Source of the DNA: Convolutriloba macropyga
Taxonomy: Eukaryota
Direction of reading: 5' to 3'
Assembly: GCF_964194025.1 (NCBI RefSeq)
Contig: NC_134477.1
Span: forward strand, 31,806,001 to 31,870,000
DNA length: 64,000 nucleotides
The notes under the pieces were generated by a model. It ran no database searches, was not told the origin of the DNA, and saw only the letters and a program-made list of their open reading frames with translations. The translations under genes were made by a program, and so were the position numbers. This document shows, piece by piece, positions 53,621-64,000 of the stretch. Within the stretch, counting starts at the first letter, position 1. Each line of letters starts with the position of its first letter.

Positions 53621-54980
53621 TAACCTTTTGTTGATGCCGCACTTCAGCTGTTGTTGTGGCGTGATGTCATCTATTAGTTTCATTATCGGTGAATTATAGT
53701 AGAAATGTTTTATTCTGAATGACCTAACTAGCACTTTTTAGGAAATAATTGTTAATTGCTCTCAAACGCAGTTTGTTGCAACTATAATAATCCTGTTTCT
53801 TTTTTATGCTGTTTTTCGCTTGGCCGATTTTTCGTGACCCATTTGAATTTTCTTCTTGAAAATGGGATTAAGAGGAAGCGCCCATTGGGCTTTAAGTGCT
53901 CTTGGAGCCTTTGAGCTCTGTTTCACCTCAAACTGTTTTGCAGACTTATACTTATGGTGTGAAGGGCGGTTCTTAGAGGTTGAAAAGCCCCCACTTCTGA
54001 CCCCTCACCACTATTGCCCCACCCCCCGCGCTTTTGCCCCCCCACTGTTGCCTCTCGGTGCATCCCCCCTCCACCATTGCTACTGACGAAAAACTGCTTG
54101 CTAAAAACACGTAAATTTACACTGATTTTCACAATTTTTAAGCTTTTTCAGTATTTTTTGAAAGTTTTGTCAGCCCCAGGTATCAAGGAACCTCCTCTAG
54201 GGTTTGGTAACAAGTAACTGCATAGTTTTTAGTGGTAATGGAATGGTTTCAACGTTTAAACATCACCAATTTTAGCATTTTTTTTGGCAAAACGTGCATT
54301 TTTTTTCATTTTTGACACTTTTTTTTATAACTCAGGTTTTTTCAGACCCAGGGGCCAGAAAAGCTTCTTAGGGGTTTGATAAAAGGTAACTGAAAATTTT
54401 GTTTTGGCCCCGGAATAGTTTTCAACTTTTTAAGATCACAAATTTTAGCATTTTTGTTTCAATTTTTAAGTTTTTGAATATTTTCTGCGTTTTTTAGGTT
54501 TCTCCGGACTCAGTATTCCAGTAACCTCCTCTAGGGTTTGAACAAAATTTAATGTATAGTTTCTAGAAGTAATGGAATGTTTTTTGAAGATTTTAACATC
54601 CCAAATTTTAGCAATTTTTTTCAATTTATTTCAATTTGTCTGTTGACCATGAAATGGTTTGTAATATATTAATATCTCGAATTTTAGCAAGATTTCAAAT
54701 TTGTCTCAGAATTTTTGATTAGTTTTTGTCCTGTTTTGAGTTTAAAGTTTAACGATCATTACTCGAACGGCCAATAAAACTTTTTAAGCCTTACAGATTG
54801 GTTGCTTGACAGAACCCCGGAGCCAAAAAATGGTTTTGAACATTTTTTCATTGAGAAATCTTGAGTGTTCTTTTAAATTTTGCACTGATCAGTTTTTTTT
54901 CTATTTGTGTTAGTTACTAACAAGGCTAGAGAACTAAAATTTGGAGAGTAAAGTCCCATCATGCAAAATTGTTTAAGCTC

Positions 54981-55011
<31 letters not shown>

Positions 55012-55680
55012 TTCTCTCTGTCGGTAGATTTTCTTACTTTCTCTTTCTCGTCCCATTTTGCTCTCTCACACTATCTCTCTCTCTCTCTTTCTCTTTGCTT
55101 AACTTTTAGTTGATGCCGCACTTCAGCTGCTGTTATGTGGCGTGATGTCATCTATTATCCTCATTGACGGTGTATTATAGTAGAAATGTTTTATTTTAAA
55201 TAGATTTAATTAGCACTTTTTAGGAAACCATCGTTAATTGCTCTCAAACGCAGTTTGTTGCAAGTATAATAATCCTGTTTCTTTTATGCAGTTTTTCGCT
55301 TGATCGGTTTTTCGTCTGACCCATTTGACTTTTCGTCCCCAGAAACGCGATAAAGAGGTAGCGCCCAGTGGGTATTAAGTTATCTTAGAGCCTTTCAGCC
55401 CAATAGTTTCCAGGTATGCGATTCACAGAAACTGTTTTGGAGACTTATGGTGTGAAGGGCGGTTCTTAGAAATTGATCCTACACCCCCACCCACTGCCGC
55501 CACATCAGTCCCGCAATCAACTGTTGCACCTCCCCCCCCCCCCCCCCCACTGCGGTGAACCCCCGCTGACCTCACCTCACGCCCCCTCAAGCTAAAGCTA
55601 GCCTCTAAACCGTGGCTAGCTACTGACAAAGCCAACCGCTCTCTGGTCGGTTTAGAGCAATTAGCCCGACGTTAATCGGT
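41610..55680 (+). repeat. ~14 kb higher-order tandem array of ~130-175 bp monomers with (CT)n tracts and Helentron-like modules
   Basis: Recurrent monomer aacctcctctag.gtttgataatagg.tactgcatagtttcta.a.gtaatggaat..tt.tcaagattttaa.atcacaaattt. Higher-order blocks repeat (e.g. 705-bp offset 42081/42786). Module starts aattg(a/c)tctcaaacg at 43619, 45544, 48127, 53754 and 55236. Confidence 0.95.
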
Positions 55681-55682
55681 TG
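55236..55682 (+). mobile_element. Non-autonomous Helentron-like element, copy C (terminates the array)
   Basis: aattgctctcaaacg (55236-55250) ... cggtttagagcaatt (55648-55662), followed by the hairpin ccga-cgttaa-tcgg. Confidence 0.7.
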
Positions 55683-55707
55683 TTTAATCCTTCTTTGTTT
55701 TTTTTAG

Positions 55708-57329
55708 TGTTGTCTGCAAATTTTACTGCCTGTTCTTTTCTCTTTCCTCAAATTTCATGATTTTACCGCGTGGAAAAGAGTTGCACTATTCAATGAGAAT
55801 CCGTTACAAAATTTATCGAATATTCCGTCACTGTTATGCGCTATGAAAGTAATTTAATTTCAACGCCGAAAACAGAGACGTAAATTGGAATAAATTAACG
55901 AAATTTTGGTGATATAGGCCAAAATTTCAAAACAGCGATTTGTCGAGTAGATTAATCCCGTATTAACTGATACAAAATCAGTCACATTTGTAAGCAATCC
56001 TTTATTAACGGATCAAAAATTATGCACGTCTAGAATTAGTTTTAAAAAGTAGTAAGTCTTTTAATAAGTTATCCTTCAAAGTGTTATAGAGTAAGAAACG
56101 GAGTGGAGTTCCCATTGACTATTCAAATGAAGAACGGGCGCTGAAACAAAAGAGTCAACATTACAAGCTGATGAAATTAGAGGATGAAGTAACACGAAGT
56201 GGGGACTTCTACGATGAAGATATTTACTTCGATTACGATTCCTACAAAGTTCAGCAAGTTAGAACTAAAGGTAAATGGCAACGTCCGAATAAGAATTGAA
56301 TGTCCGCCATAATATATCGATATTGAAACGGCTTGGTATAGTCCGATATTGTCAATTTTTTCATGGTCACAATTCAATTTGATGATTTCTACTGTTAATA
56401 CTCATTCACATTCCCATAATCGTCAACTTACTTTCCATAGTTTTTCTCCTTTGTGCGCACTCAGGGATATAAATTTTCAGCCTGAAAGCAGATTACTTTG
56501 TTTTGTCGCTGAATACTCAAATCAGTACCCTCTGTACTAAATCAATTTATTTTATTCTAATACGTCATAACAAGCAGTGACGACGCAAGCGATGACGAAA
56601 ACGAACTTTGTTATACTGCTTTCAAATTATTTCAGAAAAAAGAATTAAGCTTTAATGTGTTTGTTTCATACTTTCAATTTAACACCATAAAGATTTGTAA
56701 GTGCAAAGGATTATGTGCTTTTAGCTCTGGCGGACGATGAGAATGAGGAACATCGGCTTTTGTCACATTTGGATGATGTATCTCAAAAGGAGATCAAACA
56801 GCGATTGGTGGATTTGTTGGGGTGCATTGAAAAGGAAGAAAGGGATGGCAGAGCAAGTGCAAGCGTTCTAAAGAATCAAACCGAGACAAACTATCCTGAC
56901 CTATTCGCCATTTCCCTTCTGAATTTGAAAAAGGTTAGTTTTACTCAAGTATTTCATATATTTTGACAAGAGTTAATTACACCGGAAACTCCTATTATGT
57001 ATATAAATTGTTACTCGCCCGATGAAGATGGAAGCAATTGGTTTTTTGTGTGTGATAGTTTTCGTTGTTTCAGTAGAATGACACATTTCTGGATCTGAAC
57101 AGCTCAGATGCATATTTCGTATCTCTATCACAGATAGTTAATCCTGAGTTAAGCTTCAATGCGTTGGTTTCTGACAGTTCCGAAACCTCTGTGTGCTATA
57201 GACGAAACCGCGTGTGCGAATCGCTGCGTATCCAAACAAAAGAAGATTATTCAAGGAATTCTATGATTTTCAAGCTGCTAGATGACTATGATTATCGTGG
57301 AGGGTTGTTCAGACGAGCTTTTAGCAAAA
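55708..57329 (+). CDS. Internal exons of an unidentified gene (55708-55848, 56090-56270, 56725-56933, 57077-57329)
   Basis: Four stop-free AG..GT-bounded segments with matching phases 0/0, 0/1, 1/0, 0/1: CCLQILLPVLF..LLCAMK, SKKRSGVPIDYSNEER..QVRTK, ALADDENEEHRLL..LLNLKK, NDTFLDLNSS..RRAFSK. No domain recognised; start and end not found. Confidence 0.5.
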
Positions 57330-60300
57330 GTGAGAGCTTTCCATGTTTTACTCTTCTTTTGTGCAATTTAAAAAAAAGTGTTGAGCGTGATTTCATTTTT
57401 TGTAATCTACTGATTAATAGCCGCGAAGCGATAAATGGGGCTGTTATTCGCCTGCTCCTGCTTTGAACAATTCAAAGAGTTCGAGTTGTATTGGTGTGCT
57501 ATCTTTTGTACGACTTGAAGAGAGGCTTTGGTGGATCGTTTTTATATCGATAATTTTTTGGGAGAATTTTAAATAGGATATAAAAAATGCCGCACTTGAA
57601 AACAAAGTGATAGGTCAAACGGTTGAACGAATCTAAGAGCATAAAGGAGAGTGTGATTTTTTTGACCCTACCGCAATTTTGAGGGAGGGAGAAAGGGAAA
57701 AGTGTGAAAAAGTTTTTGCTTAGCGAGCAAAATAGTTTTAGTGCACGTGCGGCATGAATAAAGCAGTTTATTTTAGTTTTTGACTGTTAAACTATATTAA
57801 CAAGTGACCGTACATATGCGAGCTTTTTTAACCATCTCAATGATATATTAGATGCAATCTTAAGCTATATTTGTGAATTCGCCGTTTTGACTTTTTAAAG
57901 CGGTTTCTGTCTGTGTTTTATAATGGTTTTGGTGAATGGCGTGGGTGACGTCTTTTTTCACTCTTATTGGAGCGAATTTTTTTTGTTCATTCGCATGATT
58001 TAGTTTTTGGTCACACGTGACTTACCTCACTCTGAAAAGTCTCTTCCTCACTCTCAAATTGACTTTTCTTTACTTTAGTTTAAGGAGGCAAGGTCAAGTG
58101 AGTGTGTGTCATTCTAATTGAAGCTTATTTAAGAGCAGCTAATAGAAGCAGCAACAAGTTATACAGATTCTTAATCAAAATATAACATCTCAGCCTTTAA
58201 TGAAAATAACGAATTTCTTTTTTGGTCCGTCTTTTCTTACCATCATCTTTTTGAGACTACAGAGCTACGAAGCTATCGCGGTTATTTGCTGGCAATCTGC
58301 CAGTTATGTTTGAACATGTTCTTAACTAGTCTTTTAACTGGGTCATTAATGTATTCTAATAATGCATAGGGCAGATAAAGGGTTCTAACAATTTTCTGGT
58401 TCTTATAATGTTTTATATATACAATGTTTTAGTTTTAGTTCTTCTGATTGTCCTTTTTCTTAGTTTATTTTTTATTTTTACTTTTTCTGACTTTGATACA
58501 ATTTTTTTGAAGAGTGGTGATGTTTTTAGTTTTGCCTGTTATTTTTTGTTGTCTTGATACTTGGTTTCAGTAATGATGGGTGTTACGCACTGACTTCCTC
58601 CTGGTTCGCGTGTTCCTCGTGGTTTTAGTGAGTTTACTATTCGGTGTAATTAATTTGAATAATTGGCATTTTAAAAGGACTTATTATGGATGTTTCATAG
58701 TGCGATTTTTAGCAGATATATTTTGAATAAAGTTAGCTAGTAATAGCCTTTTATTGAGCGGTTCGAATGCGTGATATATTCACTAGTTGCCTTGTATTTG
58801 AGTCGTTTTCTCGGTGTATTTTTAACTTTACTGAAGCCTGTTATAACTTAGCGTTTTCAAAAGATTTTCCAGTTCAATTTTTAGTTATTTTAACAGAAAT
58901 TATAACAAAGTTTCAGAGATGGAAATAAGAAGTTTCAAGATTATTGTCGAGTTTTTTTTATCAACTGATTGTCTGGCTGGTTCTCGGTTTTTTGGTGATC
59001 GTGGGTTCCACAGTGCTGTGCCGCTAATTGTATTGGTCCTTCGCAATTTTTTTTTGATCTACAAGTTGGCCAATTTCCGGCTTTTGTACGTCTCTTTGTG
59101 TTTGATAAGTACATATACAATTTCCATTTAGCACCTACTTTATCAGAATAATTACTTCAGCAAGTACATAATTTCTCACGAAGTTATTTACCAAATATGC
59201 GATTTCATCGTCAGGGAATTCAAAAAGATAAATATTGAGGCTTTCAGGGACTTAATATGTTTATCAGTAAACTGTCAATCTGCGGTTGTTTTTAGTAAAC
59301 ATGAACAAATAAGGTGTTACAGGCCTAGATGGTGATACTGGCTAGATATGGCCTTGAGATATCTTTGAATATGAACTAACTTATAGCACTATTGAAGTAA
59401 CACGAAGTGGGGACTTCTACGATGAAGATATTTACTTCGATTACGATTCCTACAAAGTTCAGCAAGTTAGAACTAAAGGTAAATGGCAACGTCCGAATAA
59501 GAATTGAATGTCCGCCATAATATATCGATATTGAAACGGCTTGGTATAGTCCGATATTGTCAATTTTTTCATGGTCACAATTCAATTTGATGATTTCTAC
59601 TGTTAATACTCATTCACATTCCCATAATCGTCAACTTACTTTCCATAGTTTTTCTCCTTTGTGCGCACTCAGGGATATAAATTTTCAGCCTGAAAGCAGA
59701 TTACTTTGTTTTGTCGCTGAATACTCAAATCAGTACCCTCTGTACTAAATCAATTTATTTTATTCTAATACGTCATAACAAGCAGTGACGACGCAAGCGA
59801 TGACGAAAACGAACTTTGTTATACTGCTTTCAAATTATTTCAGAAAAAAGAATTAAGCTTTAATGTGTTTGTTTCATACTTTCAATTTAACACCATAAAG
59901 ATTTGTAAGTGCAAAGGATTATGTGCTTTTAGCTCTGGCGGACGATGAGAATGAGGAACATCGGCTTTTGTCACATTTGGATGATGTATCTCAAAAGGAG
60001 ATCAAACAGCGATTGGTGGATTTGTTGGGGTGCATTGAAAAGGAAGAAAGGGATGGCAGAGCAAGTGCAAGCGTTCTAAAGAATCAAACCGAGACAAACT
60101 ATCCTGACCTATTCGCCATTTCCCTTCTGAATTTGAAAAAGGTTAGTTTTACTCAAGTATTTCATATATTTTGACAAGAGTTAATTACACCGGAAACTCC
60201 TATTATGTATATAAATTGTTACTCGCCCGATGAAGATGGAAGCAATTGGTTTTTTGTGTGTGATAGTTTTCGTTGTTTCAGTAGAATGACACATTTCTGG

Positions 60301-62600
60301 ATCTGAACAGCTCAGATGCATATTTCGTATCTCTATCACAGATAGTTAATCCTGAGTTAAGCTGCAATGCGTTGGTTTCTGACAGTTCCGAAACCTCTGT
60401 GTGCTATAGACGAAACCGCGTGTGCGAATCGCTGCGTATCCAAACAAAAGAAGATTATTCAAGGAATTCTATGATTTTCAAGCTGCTAGATGACTATGAT
60501 TATCGTGGAGGGTTGTTCAGACGAGCTTTTAGCAAAAGTGAGAGCTTTCCATGTTTTACTCTTCTTTTGTGCAATTTAAAAAAAGTGCTGAGCGTGATTT
60601 CATTTTTTGTAATCTACTGATTAATAGCCGCGAAGCGATAAATGGGGCTGTTATTCGCCTGCTCCTGCTTTGAACAATTCAAAGAATTCGAGTTGTATTG
60701 GTGTGCTATCTTTTGTACGACTTGAAGAGAGGTTTTGGTGGATCGTTTTTATATCGATAATTTTTTGGGAGAATTTTAAATAGGATATAAAAAATGCCGC
60801 ACTTGAAAACAAAGTGATAGGTCAAACGGTTGAACGAATCTAAGAGCATAAAGGAGAGTGTGATTTTTTGACCCTACCGAAATTTTGAGGGAGGGAGAAA
60901 GGGAAAAGTGTGAAAAAGTTTTTGCTTAGCGAGCAAAATAGTTTTAGTGCACGTGCGGCATGAATAAAGCAGTTTATTTTAGTTTTTGACTGTTAAACTA
61001 TATTAACAAGTGACCGTACATATGCGAGCTTTTTTAACCATCTCAATGATATATTAGATGCAATCTTAAGCTATATTTGTGAATTCGCCGTTTTGACTTT
61101 TTAAAGCGGTTTCTGTCTGTGTTTTATAATGGTTTTGGTGAATGGCGTGGGTGACGTCTTTTTTCACTCTTATTGGAGCGAATTTTTTTTGTTCATTCGC
61201 GTGATTTAGTTTTTGGTCACACGTGACTTACCTCACTCTGAAAAGTCTCTTCCTCACTCTCAAATTGACTTTTCTTTACTTTAGTTTAAGGAGGCAAGGT
61301 CAAGTGAGTGTGTGTCATTCTAATTGAAGCTTATTTAAGAGCAGCTAATAGAAGCAGCAACAAGTTATACAGATTCTTAATCAAAATATAACATCTCAGC
61401 CTTTAATGAAAATAACGAATTTCTTTTTTGGTCCGTCTTTTCTTACCATCATCTTTTTGAGACTACAGAGCTACGAAGCTATCGCGGTTATTTGCTGGCA
61501 ATCTGCCAGTTATGTTTGAACATGTTCTTAACTAGTCTTTTAACTGGGTCATAAATGTATTCTAATAATGCATAGGGCAGATAAAGGGTTCTAACAATTT
61601 TCTGGTTCTTATAATGTTTTATATATACAATGTTTTAGTTTTAGTTCTTCTGATTGTCCTTTTTCTTAGTTTATTTTTTATTTTTACTTTTTCTGACTTT
61701 GATACAATTTTTTTGAAGAGTGGTGATGTTTTTAGTTTTGCCTGTTATTTTTTGTTGTCTTGATACTTGGTTTCAGTAATGATGGGTGTTACGCACTGAC
61801 TTCCTCCTGGTTCGCGTGTTCCTCGTGGTTTTAGTGAGTTTACTATTCGGTGTAATTAATTTGAATAATTGGCATTTTAAAAGGACTTATTATGGATGTT
61901 TCATTGTGCTTTTTTTGAGCAGACATATTTTGAATAAAGTTAGCTAGTAATAGCCTTTTATTGAGCGGTTCGAATGCGTGATATATTCACTAGTTGCCTT
62001 GTATTTGAGTCGTTTTCTCGGTGTATTTTTAACTTTACTGAAGCCTGTTATAACTTAGCGTTTTCAAAAGGTTTTCCAGTTCAATTTTTAGTTATTTTAA
62101 CAGAAATTATAACAAAGTTTCAGAGATGGAAATAAGAAGTTTCAAGATTATTGTCGAGTTTTTTTTATCAACTGATTGTCTGGCTGGTTCTCGGTTTTTT
62201 GGTGATCGTGGGTTCCACAGTGCTGTGCCGCTAATTGTATTGGTCCTTCGCAATTTTTTTTTGATCTACAAGTTGGCCAATTTCCGGCTTTTGTACGTCT
62301 CTTGATGTTTGATAAGTACATATACAATTTCCGTTTAGCACCTACTTTATCAGAATAATTACTTCACCAAGTACATAATTTCTCACGAAGTTATTTACCA
62401 AATATGCGATTTCATCGTCAGGGAATTCAAAAAGATAAATATTGAGGCTTTCAGGGACTTAATATGTTTATCAGTAAACTGTCAATCAGCGGTTGTTTTT
62501 AGTAAACATGAACAAATAAGGTGTTACAGGCCTAGATGGTGATACTGGCTAGATATGGCCTTGAGATATCTTTGAATATGAACTAACTGATAGCACTATT
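56185..62600 (+). repeat. Near-identical 3.2 kb tandem duplication (56185-59392 and 59393-62600)
   Basis: Identical ORFs at offset 3208 (56349/59557, 56715/59923), with only scattered substitutions and homopolymer indels. Confidence 0.97.
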
Positions 62601-63149
62601 TTTGGATATTTAAAGGGAATTCATCACGTAACTATGAGGCACGAAATAGGCGAGTGACACTACCGGACTGTAGAAAATTTTCCATTAAAGTTTTGAGAAA
62701 GGACTTGTTTTTATAATTTTTCTATAAAAGATATATAATCTACACTGGTATAGGGATATACACTTGTTTTTGTTAGAGCCACCCAATTTTTGTTTTCTTA
62801 GAAAAGGTGTTGGAACGGAAGCAGTAAAGTGAAAGATAAGTAAAAGTTTAAAGACGAATGAAAATAAAGTTTAAGATGAACAAAGTTAAGACAAAGTCTA
62901 AGGCTGTTAAGGAAAATTAGAGGGTTAAGATGGGCTGATTCGGAAGAAGAAATATAAGACATAAAGTTAAAAGTGAGAGAAGAGGTTGGAATTATCACTA
63001 GAGTTCAATTCACTGAATGGAGGCTCTAAACTTGAATAAGATAGCATGAGTGTACTGGTTGAGGGAATGGCCTAAAGCACTGGTTAACTTCTGGGATTGA
63101 AGCACTGGTCTGAATATTAATAGTACTCAGGAACAGAACTTAATGGATA

Positions 63150-64000
63150 GAATGAGACTCAGTGGGATATACGATGAATACTTTTCAAACTATTTCAGAC
63201 TTTCAAGAACTCAAAAATTTCCTCTCGGATTGAAGCTGTTCTGTCCAGTTCGTCTTGTGTCGAAGCGTTCAATTGTGTTGAGTGACATTGTGGAGGTCCC
63301 TGGCATTGCTTTTTGTCTGTTTTCGTTTGAGGGTTCCCATGTCTTCTGGTGATATAACTGTTGGAGGCTTCTTTAGCTGTTTTGTGAGGTTTGCAAATAT
63401 ATCTGCTTTCAGATGTTTTAACAGGGAAACTACTGGGTTGAGCGGTACATTTGTTCCGTTTAGCTTCATAGAGTTCGGCACCATTCTTCGTACAAAGGCT
63501 ACTATATGGTATAAATACATGAAGAGGATATGCAAGACTAGGTTTCCGATGAAGACAATAATTGTTAGTGAGAGCGAAAGCTTGATTGGTTTGGAAGGCT
63601 CAAGTTTATCAGTTAAGGCTGGCTTGAATGACTTCATTTCAGTGGTAATTGGCTTTGCTATTTGGTAGAGTGAATCTGTTGATAACTATATTAGAATAAT
63701 TGAATTCAGTTTTGACTTCAATAAATCAAGGTTTGCTTCAGCGCTAATTTCGTATTTTGGTAGTTCGTCAATGTTTAGTACAGAGTCAACTAACTGTACA
63801 AGTGGATCAGGCAATTTAAGATTAACTCTCTTTGCTGGGAGGTACCGACAACTTGGTAAATAAGCTCTAAGTTCAATGTGGTCGCTGAACATGGTATGTC
63901 CACATTTTAATGTGGTTAAACAGATGTTGCAACCTTTATGAGGAATGTTGGTTTGTTGGCCGTTTCCGTCTATACCAATCTCACTAAGGGAAAAATCACT
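63150..64000 (-). mobile_element. Probable decayed LINE ORF2 fragment (end of APE domain and linker)
   Basis: GHTMFSDHIELRAY resembles the APE terminal SDH motif and is followed by frameshifted basic ORFs. No RT motif is visible in the window. Confidence 0.4.

Noticed and set aside
43737-55635. Pro/Gly-rich and other short ORFs recurring in the array (e.g. 43750, 48258, 50552, 54014)
   Set aside because: They are by-products of C-rich and (CT)n repeat modules, and the frames are not conserved between copies.
41610-55680. CRISPR-like array
   Set aside because: Monomers are long, diverged and themselves repeated, with no unique spacers and no cas genes; the context is eukaryotic.
63282-63668. 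128-aa plus-strand ORF
   Set aside because: Non-ATG start, no motif, and antisense to a probable LINE fragment.

Overview
AT-rich eukaryotic (animal, probably invertebrate) draft-assembly window with four N gaps, dominated by transposon debris. I found no prokaryotic-type features such as operons, CRISPR arrays or rRNA. Two well-supported protein genes are present. The first is an intronless ILVBL/HACL2 thiamine-diphosphate enzyme (23677-25542). The second is a three-exon gene (34233-40161, 438 aa reconstructed from GT-AG sites) that fuses an HPD-less J-like domain, ankyrin repeats and a NEURL4-type ADP-ribosyltransferase domain; this is the most unusual coding feature. A less certain multi-exon gene lies at about 55.7-57.3 kb and is partly duplicated by a 3.2 kb tandem repeat. 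Mobile DNA comprises two decayed Gypsy elements, a Penelope GIY-YIG relic, two near-full-length CR1/L2-type LINEs (one with a 2A-like motif) and several LINE fragments. There is also a family of Helentron-like non-autonomous elements with 15-bp subterminal inverted repeats, whose modules are built into a ~14 kb higher-order tandem array (41.6-55.7 kb). Signals missing from the ORF track include two decayed J-domain copies in an old repeat (1.2-4.1 kb), a 167-bp relic copy of ILVBL 23 kb from the gene, and two long hairpins. All alignments and splice models were made by eye and need computational or RNA-seq confirmation.
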